Assembly (NCBI GenBank): GCA_037128175.1
Contig: JBAXWY010000001.1
Coordinates: 1 to 64,000, forward strand
Source: Methanothrix sp.
Lineage (GTDB): Archaea > Halobacteriota > Methanosarcinia > Methanotrichales > Methanotrichaceae
DNA length: 64,000 bases
Direction of reading: 5' to 3'
Position 1 is the stretch's first letter. Each line of letters begins with the position of its first letter. Of the stretch, positions 1 to 9,835 are shown piece by piece. The translations under genes were made by a program, and so were the position numbers. Below the pieces are notes generated by a model that was given only the letters and a program-made list of their open reading frames with translations, ran no database searches and was not told the origin of the DNA.

Positions 1-1
1 T

Positions 2-838
2 CTGCCCGAATACGGAGTTTATCTGGACTGCCGATCTAACCCCGTATTGAATGACGAAGGGGGAGTAGAATTCATTGTCGAGCAGTTGCAGGACATCACC
101 GAGCGCAAGCGTGCCGAGCAGGCACTGGTCAAGAATTCGGAAGATCTGGCCAGGTCCAACGCCGACCTGGCGCAGTTCGCCTATGTCGCCTCCCACGATC
201 TGCAAGAGCCGCTTCGCACCATAACCCGCTTTGTACAGCTTCTGGAGAAACGTTATCAAGGAAAGCTAGATCAGGATGCGGACGAGTTCATAGGCTTTAT
301 CGTCAGCGGAACGAAACGAATGCAGCAGCTCATTAACGATCTACTGGCATATTCAAGAGTAAACACGAGGAAAGAGCCGCCAAACATAATGAAAATTGAG
401 GATGCCATACAAAGAGCAATGCAAAATATCCAGTATGTTCTGGAGGATACAAGAGGCACAATTATATACGGTGAAATGCCATCAATCATTGCAGATGAAC
501 CGCAAATGACTCAACTATTTCAAAATCTGATAGGGAATGCCCTAAAATTTCATGGAGAAGAAGCACCCCGGGTGGAGATATCCGCCGCTCGGAAGGGAAA
601 TGATTGGATTTTTTCCGTTCGGGACAACGGCATCGGAATTGACCCCCAATACAAGGATCGCATATTCGAGATATTTCAACGTCTCCATACCTGTGAGGAG
701 TACGCGGGCACTGGCATTGGCCTGGCCATTGCCAAAAAGATAGTGGAGCGACACGAGGGTCACATCTGGGTGGAATCTCAATCGGGGAAAGGCTCCACAT
801 TCAACTTCACTCTGCCAGTGGATGCGAAAAACGCCTGA
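2..838 (+). CDS. Sensor histidine kinase, C-terminal part (PAS end + HisKA + HATPase_c, Cph1/bacteriophytochrome-like kinase core); 5' truncated by window edge
   Basis: H-box ASHDLQEPL, N-box QNLIGNALKF, G1 DNGIG, G2 GTGIGL; frame is open back to position 2. Confidence 0.92.
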   Translation: MPEYGVYLDCRSNPVLNDEGGVEFIVEQLQDITERKRAEQALVKNSEDLARSNADLAQFAYVASHDLQEPLRTITRFVQLLEKRYQGKLDQDADEFIGFIVSGTKRMQQLINDLLAYSRVNTRKEPPNIMKIEDAIQRAMQNIQYVLEDTRGTIIYGEMPSIIADEPQMTQLFQNLIGNALKFHGEEAPRVEISAARKGNDWIFSVRDNGIGIDPQYKDRIFEIFQRLHTCEEYAGTGIGLAIAKKIVERHEGHIWVESQSGKGSTFNFTLPVDAKNA

Positions 839-868
839 GAGATCTTGCAAAGGACAACGTGGGACAAA

Positions 869-1306
869 ATGGATATTCTACTGGTAGAAGATAACCCGGC
901 TGATGCGCGTCTGACCGAGCTGGCGCTCAGAGACGGAAAAATTTGCATCAATCTTAGCATTGCCAGAGACGGAATGGAAGCGATGGCCTTTTTGCATAAA
1001 GAGGGAATTCATGCCCAGGCGAGGAGCCCCGACTTTATATTACTCGACCTTAATCTGCCCAAAAAAGACGGACGCGAGGTGCTCAGGGAGATTAAAAGTG
1101 ATGCGTTGATCAAACATATTCCCGTGGCGATCTTGACCACCTCAGATTCAGAGAGCGACATTTTGTACTCATACCAGATGCAAGCCAATTGTTATATGGT
1201 CAAACCGCTGGAACTGGATAGGTTCGTAGAAATGATGAATTCCATAAAGAGATTCTGGTTCGAGACGACCAGATTGCCCCAAAGAGATGAGATACGTGAG
1301 CCGTAA
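869..1306 (+). CDS. Single-domain response regulator (Rcp1-like)
   Basis: LLVEDN, LLDLNLPKKDG, ILTTS, YMVKP motifs; ATG at 869 preferred over TTG at 845. Confidence 0.92.
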   Translation: MDILLVEDNPADARLTELALRDGKICINLSIARDGMEAMAFLHKEGIHAQARSPDFILLDLNLPKKDGREVLREIKSDALIKHIPVAILTTSDSESDILYSYQMQANCYMVKPLELDRFVEMMNSIKRFWFETTRLPQRDEIREP

Positions 1307-2441
1307 TACCATTAAAATTCTTCTAATTGAAGATAATGATGCAGATGCAAGGCTGATCAGGGAGTATTTACGGGATGTATCAGGCACAGAAGACGGCGTT
1401 TCCTCTGTAATGTTTGATTTGACTATGAAAAATAGTCTTTTTTCGGGGCTTGAATTCCTGACCGTTGTAGATGTGGACGCCGTGCTCCTGGATTTGAATT
1501 TGCCAGACAGCGTTGGTTTGGATACGTTCTACAAAATTCATAAAAAAACACCCAAAATACCCATACTGATATTAACCGGCCTGAGCGATCGAGAGCTGGC
1601 TGTGAAAGCGGTCCGGGAAGGCGCAGGGGACTATCTGGTGAAAGGAGAAGTGGACGACAGACTGCTCCGCCGTTCCATCAGCTACGCCATCGAGCGCAAA
1701 AAATCGGAAGAAGAACTTCTCTTAGCCCAGAACAATCTGGAGAAGAAGGTCCAAGAGAGAACCTTGGAGTTGAAGGTGAGGTATGATGAGATTGAACAGC
1801 TGGTCTATGCCATCTCTCATGACCTCATTTTGCCCCTGGTGACCATCAAGGGATTTCTTGGTTATCTCAAGAAGGATATCGCAACCGGCGGCCGGCAGAG
1901 GATTGAAATAGATCTGGGTCTGGTCGGAGATGCCGTTGAGAGAATGGAGACCCTTTTGGTCAGGGCCCTGGACATATCGAGCATTGGAAAGCTATCGAAT
2001 ACCAGAGAATTGGTTCTCTATGGCGAGATTGTTCGGGAAGCCTTGAGTCTGGCAGCAGATAAGATCAGCACCATCAAAGCCAGGATCACCGTAGCCAATG
2101 ATTTTCCCCTGGTGAACGTGGATCGTCCCAGGATTGTGGATGTCCTGGTGAATCTGATCGAGAATTGTATCCGGTATGCAGGTAATACTGGGCCGCTACA
2201 GATCGAAATCGGATATCAGGTCAAAGATGGCGAGACCGTATTTTTTGTCAAGGATGACGGCAAGGGCATAGATCCGGTAATGCAAAAAGATATATTCCGG
2301 TTATTTTACAGGGGCAGCGAGGAGGATAAAACCCATGCGGGACTGGCCCTCTCCAGGAGGATTATCGAGGTCCATGGGGGAAGAATGTGGATAGAATCGA
2401 TTGTGGACAAAGGCTGCGCTGTGTACTTCACAATTCCTTAG
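1287..2441 (+). CDS. Hybrid receiver-histidine kinase
   Basis: N-terminal REC (LLIEDN, LLDLNLPD), H-box SHDLILPL, DDGKG; G2 box degenerate. Confidence 0.88.
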   Translation: MRYVSRNTIKILLIEDNDADARLIREYLRDVSGTEDGVSSVMFDLTMKNSLFSGLEFLTVVDVDAVLLDLNLPDSVGLDTFYKIHKKTPKIPILILTGLSDRELAVKAVREGAGDYLVKGEVDDRLLRRSISYAIERKKSEEELLLAQNNLEKKVQERTLELKVRYDEIEQLVYAISHDLILPLVTIKGFLGYLKKDIATGGRQRIEIDLGLVGDAVERMETLLVRALDISSIGKLSNTRELVLYGEIVREALSLAADKISTIKARITVANDFPLVNVDRPRIVDVLVNLIENCIRYAGNTGPLQIEIGYQVKDGETVFFVKDDGKGIDPVMQKDIFRLFYRGSEEDKTHAGLALSRRIIEVHGGRMWIESIVDKGCAVYFTIP

Positions 2442-2448
2442 ATTTAGA

Positions 2449-2509
2449 GTGAACGCTCCCCGCCCTAAAGGATGGGGACTTCACACTTCGTACTTCGCGA
2501 TCCTACAAG
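2449..2509 (-). mobile_element. IS200/IS605-type miniature remnant (PATE-like): right-end hairpin ending TCAC fused to a left-end stub
   Basis: Minus strand reads TTTAA|CTTGTAGGATCGCG...GAAGTCCCCATCCTTTAGGGCGGGGAGCGTTCAC. Confidence 0.7.
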
Positions 2510-2526
2510 TTAAAAAAAATTGGTGA

Positions 2527-3303
2527 TCATGGCTTACGTTCAAAATTTATCGTCTTCTCGGGCATCCTTTCCATTCCTTCTTGCGCCTTTTGCAGATTGT
2601 CCTGGAAAATTCGGTTGGACGGTTCCAAAGCCACAGCCTTCTTAAAGCAGCTTTGCGCCTTCTCCGCAGAATTCAACTCCATTAAAACCAATCCTTTGGT
2701 GTTCCAGGCATCAGCGTTCTTGGAATTGAGTTCAATCGCCTTGTCCAGCAGAGGAATGGACTCGTTGAAACTACCCTGCATAGCCAAGATCAGACCTTGC
2801 CGATACCAGGCCATATCAAGTGACGGGTTTAAGGCAGAGGCCTGGCTGTAGGCCTCCAATGCCTCCTCAGATCGTTCCGTTTCCTCCAATATCATGCCTT
2901 TATTAAACCAATAATTGGCATTTTTGGGGTTGATCTGCAAGGCTGTCTCCAGTGAATTTAAGGCCTCATCATGTTGCCTCATGCCACCGGAAAGGACCAG
3001 GGCCCGGTCATTGTAAGCCTCTGCATTGGAGCCGTCCAGGAGGATGAGCTGGTCAAAGCTGTCTACGGCTTCACTGTATCTTTTCATAATGCGGAGAATA
3101 TTGGCTTTGAAGCTCCAGGCCCAGGTATCGCTGGAGTTCAGATCCAGGTATTCATCGATGTCCTGCAAAGCCAGGGAGTAGGATTTGTTGTTGTAATCGC
3201 TCTGGGTCTGAATAAGCCAATAATTGGCATCCTGATCCTGGCTTACGACGGACGGAATGGTTACCAGGAAAAAGGCCAGTAGAAGGAGTGCTATGGACTT
3301 CAT
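2527..3303 (-). CDS. Secreted TPR-repeat protein
   Basis: Signal peptide MKSIALLLLAFFLV; about six TPR units (AWxxKG..L, A..LNP). Confidence 0.9.
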   Translation of the reverse strand: MKSIALLLLAFFLVTIPSVVSQDQDANYWLIQTQSDYNNKSYSLALQDIDEYLDLNSSDTWAWSFKANILRIMKRYSEAVDSFDQLILLDGSNAEAYNDRALVLSGGMRQHDEALNSLETALQINPKNANYWFNKGMILEETERSEEALEAYSQASALNPSLDMAWYRQGLILAMQGSFNESIPLLDKAIELNSKNADAWNTKGLVLMELNSAEKAQSCFKKAVALEPSNRIFQDNLQKAQEGMERMPEKTINFERKP

Positions 3304-3394
3304 GCATTCTAATGTATTCTAGGAAGTGGATATAGCTTGCGGTCGAATTTCTGTATTATTATCTTACAAACTTCAATAAAATAGTGAAGATCGC

Positions 3395-4192
3395 TTAAAG
3401 TGCGACCTTCTCCGCTTCCTCTGCCGTGTAGCCCATATGAACCACGGTGCATAGCTTCTTGACCAGAAGCGTGGGATTTTTCGCCTGGAAGATGTTTCTG
3501 CCGAAGGCGACGCCGGTCGCTCCGACCGATATTGCGTCATAGACCATCTGCAAGAGGTCCATTTCCGTGTCCATCTTGGGTCCTCCGGCGATAACTACCG
3601 GCACGCTGCAGCCCTCTACAACCTCTTTGAAGGTATCAGGAGAGCCGGTGTAGTTGGTCTTGACAATATCCGCCCCTAGCTCAGAACCGATTCGGGCGGC
3701 AAGCTTGACGAACTCCACATTGTGCTCGGACTTGACCTTCGGTCCGCGAGGATACATCATGGCAATGAGAGGCATGCCCCACAGATCGCAGGTTCGGGCT
3801 ACTCTGCCCAAATCATGCAGCATTTCCGCTTCATCCTCTGCACCCACATTAACGTGAATGCTTACCGCATCAGCGCCGATTCTTATAGCGTCCTCCACCT
3901 CAGTCACAAGAACCTTGTGATTGGGATCAGGACCAATAGAACTGGATGCAGAGAGATGGATGATCAACCCGATATCGCGTCCATACCCCCGGTGGCCGTG
4001 CAGCGGCAGGCCCATGTGCCCTAAAACCGCATTGGCGCCGCCCTCAGCTACCTTGTCCACCGTGGCGGGCATGTTCGTCAGACCGGCGATGGGGCCTACG
4101 GAGATGCCGTGATCCATGGGTACAATGACTGTTCTGTGAGTCTTGCGATCCAAAATACGCTCCAGCCTTATCGCCTTTCCGATCTTGCTCAT
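3395..4192 (-). CDS. aroA': 2-amino-3,7-dideoxy-D-threo-hept-6-ulosonate synthase (DhnA-family class I aldolase)
   Basis: [37 protein letters not shown]. Confidence 0.85.
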   Translation of the reverse strand: MSKIGKAIRLERILDRKTHRTVIVPMDHGISVGPIAGLTNMPATVDKVAEGGANAVLGHMGLPLHGHRGYGRDIGLIIHLSASSSIGPDPNHKVLVTEVEDAIRIGADAVSIHVNVGAEDEAEMLHDLGRVARTCDLWGMPLIAMMYPRGPKVKSEHNVEFVKLAARIGSELGADIVKTNYTGSPDTFKEVVEGCSVPVVIAGGPKMDTEMDLLQMVYDAISVGATGVAFGRNIFQAKNPTLLVKKLCTVVHMGYTAEEAEKVAL

Positions 4193-4273
4193 GACCAGTA
4201 TCGATGTGAATACTAAAATTAAAGATGATGGTCGAGGAAGGGCATTTGCCCTAACGGCTCGATCCCTTGTCGA

Positions 4274-5014
4274 TCAGGATACCTCTTTGCCATCCAGGTA
4301 GAGCAATGTGGCCAGGCCGTAGATGTAGGGCAGGGAGAGCAGAGAGAGCAAGGCACCGATGAAAGGAATGGTGGGAAGCACTGCGCCGATGGCCAGGGAG
4401 GCGAGGACTATTATCAGAGCATCGGATAGGTTGGCCTCGACAAAACGGTAGCTTTCTTTCAGGGCCTGTGTGCCGGATTTGCCTTCAATCATTACCGTTT
4501 GGGCAACGAAGTAGAAGGCGAAGCTCAGGATCAATCCCGGGATGAGGAAAAGCACATATCCAAACGCCACAATTATGCCGGCCAGGAGGGAGGTGAGGAC
4601 GAGGGGCTCCATCTTGGCTAAAGTGGCCTGCCAGGCGCGGGAGAGATCGGCCTTTTTGCCTGTGGACGCCTCTCGAATCATCTCTATTGTCATGCCTTCC
4701 GCCAGGAAGAAGAGTACGATCATCAGTACTATGAACAGGAAAATTCCTGCCAGGGCCGAGAACGCGACGAATCCTTCTTCTCCGAAGACTGCTATTAGCC
4801 CCATGTAGCCCGCGAAGATCACCATACCCAAGACGAGTGCTGCGATGGGAATAAGTGACGGCACAATCATAATGGGATTGTCTCTGTAGATCTCAAAGGC
4901 ACGGGAGAATAACTCGCCTAGCGCCCTTTTCTTCGGGCTTTTTGTCTTTGCCACTTCCATGATTGGGGCAAGAACATAAGATTGAGGATCTAGCTGATCT
5001 GATTCTGAATTCAT
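4274..5014 (-). CDS. Integral membrane protein, unknown function
   Basis: About six hydrophobic segments; LFLIPGLI and ALKESYRFV pattern typical of uncharacterised membrane proteins. Confidence 0.8.
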   Translation of the reverse strand: MNSESDQLDPQSYVLAPIMEVAKTKSPKKRALGELFSRAFEIYRDNPIMIVPSLIPIAALVLGMVIFAGYMGLIAVFGEEGFVAFSALAGIFLFIVLMIVLFFLAEGMTIEMIREASTGKKADLSRAWQATLAKMEPLVLTSLLAGIIVAFGYVLFLIPGLILSFAFYFVAQTVMIEGKSGTQALKESYRFVEANLSDALIIVLASLAIGAVLPTIPFIGALLSLLSLPYIYGLATLLYLDGKEVS

Positions 5015-5085
5015 GCATTATGTTTTTGATTCGAATCTATATAAAATTTTGCTGAATCAAAGGCAAAAGACCCATTCTCCAAAAA

Positions 5086-5311
<226 letters not shown>

Positions 5312-5393
5312 TCCAAAAACCATCCTTCGAAGTCCTCATTCGCCAAGCGATCCCTTAATATCTTTGGAAACTATCGCCTATTGGGGATTAAAA

Positions 5394-6092
5394 ATGAAGT
5401 GGTTAGTTCTGATATTTGGCATCATGATCACTGCCCTGCACCCAGCGATGGCAGTGGGCACTAATCCCACTTTGACCATTGTGGGCGAGGGAACAGTGAC
5501 AGTTCCTGCGGATACGGCGACTGTCTCCATCTCTGTGGAGAGCAACGTTAATAATATGACACAAGCCCAGGCGGCTGTCCAGGAGAAGATGGGCAGGGTA
5601 ATCGATGCTCTGAAGGCGGCAGGCGTCAAAGATGAGGAGATTTTGCCGGGCCAGTCCAGCGGGGTTTCCAGCTTTCAGTCCACCAGCAAGGTCTGCAAGC
5701 GAGTTAACAACAGCACGGTATGCGAGAATAACACCGCTCAGGCCTCTTCCTTAGAGCGATCATTGATCGTCCGTCTCAAGAGCACCGATTCGTCCAGGAT
5801 CAAACAGGTACTGGAAGCGGCCCGCTCCGCCGGGGCCCAGGCTGATGTCGCGGGATACGGTCTAAGCGATGCCGGCAAGGCCGCAGCAGCGGCTCGCCAA
5901 AAAGCGGTGGCCAATGCCAAAGAGAATGCCGCAGGAATGGCAGCCGCGGAGGGATTGCGTTTAGGAAAGGTGCTGGACATATCAGATTACGGCTATCCGC
6001 TTGCCCTTAACGATTACTACGGCAGCTCGGCACAGCTCGGAATGGTCGATGTCACGTCCTACGTAATAGTAACCTATGAGTTCGAAATATAA
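5394..6092 (+). CDS. SIMPL/DUF541 domain protein, secreted
   Basis: Signal peptide from ATG 5394; GEGTVTVPAD, LGKVLDISD, VIVTYE; the upstream extension to 5217 lies in the MITE. Confidence 0.88.
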   Translation: MKWLVLIFGIMITALHPAMAVGTNPTLTIVGEGTVTVPADTATVSISVESNVNNMTQAQAAVQEKMGRVIDALKAAGVKDEEILPGQSSGVSSFQSTSKVCKRVNNSTVCENNTAQASSLERSLIVRLKSTDSSRIKQVLEAARSAGAQADVAGYGLSDAGKAAAAARQKAVANAKENAAGMAAAEGLRLGKVLDISDYGYPLALNDYYGSSAQLGMVDVTSYVIVTYEFEI

Positions 6093-6194
6093 ATATTATT
6101 ACTATTTTTTTGAAAATCACAAATCAGGAAGCATTGATCAATCAAACGTTTGCCGGGCATAATCTATAAAGCTTTTTAGACCGATTCTATTATC

Positions 6195-6890
6195 ATGAAA
6201 AATATACGCATAGTATTTCTGGGAATTTTGCTCCTGTTCCTGGTAGCCGCGTCAGCTAACGCCGTAGAGAATAATGTGTCCAAGCTGATAGTGCAGGGTG
6301 AAGGCAAAGCGAGTGCCGCTCCGGACAGGGCGACGATTGTGCTGGGCGTGCAGACACGAGACGCCAGCGCGGCCGTTGCTGCAACGGAAAATGCCAGGCA
6401 AATGAATGAGACCATAACCGCATTGCTAACTGCCGGAATTACCGAAAGTGAAATTCAGACCAGCGGCTATACTCTGGGCACGGAGCCTCAGGATGTGCCG
6501 GTCACGGCAGGAGAGAAGCAAAAAGCCCCGCTGTTTGTAGCCTCGAATACAGTAACCGTGAACCTGAACAATACCACAGACGTGGGATGGGTACTGGATG
6601 CCGCCGTATCGGCAGGCTCAAACAGCATCCAGGAGGTTACATTCGACCTGCAAAATCCCGGGCCGCAAAAAGACCTGGCCCTGACTTTGGCCATCCAGGA
6701 CGCCCAGAGGAAAGCAGAGATTGCCGCCAAGGCAGCAAAGGTGAAGCTGGGAATGGTGCTGGAGATATCGGAGGGCTACGGATATGTTGGTGCCGCATCC
6801 AGGAGCGCGGCGTTTGACGTTGCCACACCAATTTTGCCAGGCAAGATGGAGATCACAGCCAGCGTGACTGTGACCTACGAGATATCTTAG
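6195..6890 (+). CDS. SIMPL/DUF541 domain protein, secreted (tandem paralogue)
   Basis: VQGEGKASAAPD, AGSNSIQEVTF, PILPGKMEITASVTVTY. Confidence 0.9.
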   Translation: MKNIRIVFLGILLLFLVAASANAVENNVSKLIVQGEGKASAAPDRATIVLGVQTRDASAAVAATENARQMNETITALLTAGITESEIQTSGYTLGTEPQDVPVTAGEKQKAPLFVASNTVTVNLNNTTDVGWVLDAAVSAGSNSIQEVTFDLQNPGPQKDLALTLAIQDAQRKAEIAAKAAKVKLGMVLEISEGYGYVGAASRSAAFDVATPILPGKMEITASVTVTYEIS

Positions 6891-7396
6891 CTGTACATCG
6901 GCTCGGGCGGGCCCGCAATCCTGTTTGTCGGCCCTCCCCCAAAGATCTCCTGAAACTTCCAGACCACATAAAGCTCGCATTTGAAGTTATTCCTAATGGC
7001 CTGCATCAACTCGTTCTTGGTGAGACCATCATAATAGATCTCTCGCGTGAAACGAATGCTCTGCATATCGCTTCCTGCCGGCTCTATCTCAAAGCTTGCA
7101 TCCTGGAAGAGCAGATCATAGCGCATCTGCCAGAGCAATCGCTCTTTCTCCTTGGGAGGCATAGCGGACAGAGCCATCTGGTGCGCATCGGCCAGCCTTA
7201 TCCGGCTGAAGACTACGATCATGTCCTCGTGGTTTTTAGGCTGAATAATGGACAAATGCCGGCCGGACTGTGCGGGAAACTCTGCTGCAAGCTGAAAGTA
7301 AAGATTCTCCGGCTGATCCTCTGCCTTGAATAGCCCTTCCTGGACCAGCCAGTTCTTTATCTTTTCCTTGGTATCAATGACCTCTTGAATTGCCAT
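6887..7396 (-). CDS. DUF2299-like conserved archaeal protein
   Basis: WLVQEG N-terminus and IYYDGLTK motif. Confidence 0.7.
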   Translation of the reverse strand: MAIQEVIDTKEKIKNWLVQEGLFKAEDQPENLYFQLAAEFPAQSGRHLSIIQPKNHEDMIVVFSRIRLADAHQMALSAMPPKEKERLLWQMRYDLLFQDASFEIEPAGSDMQSIRFTREIYYDGLTKNELMQAIRNNFKCELYVVWKFQEIFGGGPTNRIAGPPEPMYS

Positions 7397-7409
7397 TCGC
7401 TTATCTCAT

Positions 7410-8300
7410 CTACTCCAGCACCACACATAGCGGGAACTGGTGAGTACCGAGCTTGCCTTCGTAGTTGGCGGCACTGATCTTTAGGACACCGGGCACATGG
7501 CAGGCGGCATTGATGCCCGCCTTCATGGCTGCGGAAATGGCCTCTTTACTAACGCCATTTATTACTATCTCAAAGACGGCAGAGACATCCTCGGCTAAAG
7601 TGCAGACCCCGTCCTCGCGTAGCGACGTGCAGAAGGCTGTGTTGGTGGAGGCTTTCAGGAACTTGTACTTGGAGCCCACCTTGGAGCCGCTGGCCACAAT
7701 GCCTCCGGGAAATGGAGTTATGGTGCCCTTGATTTTGCCGATGGCATTTACGGCCGCCTCCGCCGCCAGCAAGCCTGCCGCCTGATTTTGGGCGAAAATG
7801 AGGAAATTGCCGCCCGCAATTGCGTCCACTGCCCCGAAATTCTGCTCGACGATGAAGTCTCCCGACATGAGGGGAATCTTCCAGACGCTGCGGCCAAACA
7901 GCTCGACTTGCTTTTGGTAGCCGTCACCAAAGAAGCTGAGCTTTTTGCCGGTATCAAACTGTTTCTCCGCATCCGGCATGCCGGAAAAAGCCGCTGCCGT
8001 AGGTGCGGTCAGCACGCACTGGCCCAGGCGAAAGAGCAGTGAGTTCTCCAGGTTCTTGTAGCCCATATTGCATATCAGGATATTGACCCCGGGTCTACCG
8101 TCCGGCGTCTCGTCTCCACTTGCAATGCATTCGATGCCAGCTTCTGCCGAGCATCCTATCACGGACGTGCCAAATCCCGTGGCTTCACGAGCCGCTTCCA
8201 GAGCCCAGCGCTCCGTCACTGCTGTGATTTGCACCCTTGCCATCTTTATGGGAAAGCCTTCGGCAAAGGTGTCTTCAATCAGAACACCATTGATTTCCAT
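7410..8300 (-). CDS. ftr: Formylmethanofuran:tetrahydromethanopterin formyltransferase
   Basis: MEINGVLIEDTFAEGF, TPDGRPG, QCVLTAPT, GGNFLI, SGSKVGSKY. Confidence 0.97.
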   Translation of the reverse strand: MEINGVLIEDTFAEGFPIKMARVQITAVTERWALEAAREATGFGTSVIGCSAEAGIECIASGDETPDGRPGVNILICNMGYKNLENSLLFRLGQCVLTAPTAAAFSGMPDAEKQFDTGKKLSFFGDGYQKQVELFGRSVWKIPLMSGDFIVEQNFGAVDAIAGGNFLIFAQNQAAGLLAAEAAVNAIGKIKGTITPFPGGIVASGSKVGSKYKFLKASTNTAFCTSLREDGVCTLAEDVSAVFEIVINGVSKEAISAAMKAGINAACHVPGVLKISAANYEGKLGTHQFPLCVVLE

Positions 8301-8321
8301 AACATCCCTCAACTACATCAT

Positions 8322-8945
8322 CTATTTCGGATTGTAAACCGCCAGATCATATCCGCTGCCCTGCCCCTCTGGCAGGGCACAGGCCGCCGCCGCACAGACC
8401 GGCCTCTCCAGGGGCAGATCAAACGCCAGGCGGGCAATCTCACCGGCACTGCTGCCCCCCAGGGCGGTGGCCTCAAAGTCGGTCTTCTCATAAGTCGCAA
8501 CCATTAAGGCCAAGGCCCCCTCCAGCTTGAACTCCTTAACGCGAAGCTCATCCCTCTTGGCAATGCCCAGCCAGCATCGATCCCCTCGCACCGCGCCCGC
8601 TATGCGTGGGGTGTCAAGCTCGTCCCTCTCATAGCCGTAAGCTGCTAGACTCAGAGCCAGGGCGTCCATTGGCCGCTGACCATCCTGGATTCTCTCCATA
8701 ATCATGTCGGTATGAGTGCCATTGCTTACAACCGCAAAATCGCCTGCATTGTTGCTGCCGACGCGAATGCAGTTGTAGGCGATGTAGGGATTACGGGCCA
8801 AGTCGGCGCTGTCCTGGGGCGAGACCATGATGCTCCGGCCGCGCACCTCTGCCCTGCGATTGGGAAAAGAGCGGGAGGAGACTCTGTAGGCGACAAAGCT
8901 CCTTCCCTGGCATTGGCCTACTACAACAATTCGGCCCACATACAT
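8322..8945 (-). CDS. purO: Archaeal IMP cyclohydrolase
   Basis: MYVGRI, YRVSSRSFPNR, NPYIAYNC, SNGTHTD, TPRIAG. Confidence 0.95.
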   Translation of the reverse strand: MYVGRIVVVGQCQGRSFVAYRVSSRSFPNRRAEVRGRSIMVSPQDSADLARNPYIAYNCIRVGSNNAGDFAVVSNGTHTDMIMERIQDGQRPMDALALSLAAYGYERDELDTPRIAGAVRGDRCWLGIAKRDELRVKEFKLEGALALMVATYEKTDFEATALGGSSAGEIARLAFDLPLERPVCAAAACALPEGQGSGYDLAVYNPK

Positions 8946-8947
8946 GT

Positions 8948-9823
8948 TCAGTCAACCAGCTTGTACTTGGCGATATTCGCATCCGCCATGGCCTGGATCT
9001 GGCCCAGCATACCCGCACATTCTCCTTTTTTGAAGAGGTGCTTGTAGCGGCCCTGCAGCTTGAGGTACTCCTCCGTAGGCTTGGGCCTATGCACCTTCTT
9101 GACACCAGTCAGCTCTCCGTTCTCATATTCCAGGAGCGGCCACAGACTGGTCTCCACGGCCAGGCGCGCCAGCTCGATCATGAGTCCGGCTTCAAAGGTC
9201 CAGCCGGTGATGCAGGGCGCATTGACCTGAATATAGGATGGCCCATTCACCTGCAAGGCCTTCTTGACCTTTCGTCTCAGGTCCACAGGATAGGCCACGG
9301 AAGCGGTTGCCACGTAGGGAACCTTGTGAGCTAAGGCGATGGCCGGCATGTCCTTCTTGGGCCGGGGATTGCCCTGGCTCTGGCTGCCCGACGGCGTTGT
9401 GGTGGTATGCGCGCAAAAGGGCGTGGAGCCGCTTCTCTGCACTCCCGTATTCATGTAGGCCTCGTTGTCGTAGCAGACATATAGAATCTTATGGCCACGC
9501 TCGAACATGCCCGAATTGGAACCCATACCGATATCGAAGGTGCTTCCATCTCCACCAATGATGACCAGGTTGGTGTCCAAACCCTTGCGCTTCTGCATGA
9601 CCTCAACGCCGGAGGCTACTGCTGCCGCATTCTCGAATAAGGAGTGAATCCAGGGAACACACCAGGCGCTTTCCGGGAAGGGAGTGGTAGTAACCTCCAG
9701 GCAGCTCGTGGGCGAGACCACGATGGTGTTGGGTCCGGCTGCGTCCAAAACCAGCCTGATGGTAGTAGGCATAGCGCATCCTGCACAGGCCCTATGTCCT
9801 GGTGCCAGCAAAGATTTTTCCAT
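8948..9823 (-). CDS. porB: Pyruvate:ferredoxin oxidoreductase beta subunit
   Basis: GHRACAGC, GGDG TPP motif, YDNEAYMNTGVQRS. Confidence 0.95.
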   Translation of the reverse strand: MEKSLLAPGHRACAGCAMPTTIRLVLDAAGPNTIVVSPTSCLEVTTTPFPESAWCVPWIHSLFENAAAVASGVEVMQKRKGLDTNLVIIGGDGSTFDIGMGSNSGMFERGHKILYVCYDNEAYMNTGVQRSGSTPFCAHTTTTPSGSQSQGNPRPKKDMPAIALAHKVPYVATASVAYPVDLRRKVKKALQVNGPSYIQVNAPCITGWTFEAGLMIELARLAVETSLWPLLEYENGELTGVKKVHRPKPTEEYLKLQGRYKHLFKKGECAGMLGQIQAMADANIAKYKLVD

Positions 9824-9835
9824 TCTTTTAGCCTC

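Noticed and set aside
2-838. Naming the kinase FilI (Methanothrix quorum-sensing kinase)
   Set aside because: The N-terminal sensor domains are outside the window and the kinase core is generic
4230-4262. Small hairpin AGGGCATTTGCCCT
   Set aside because: Short, single copy, expected by chance
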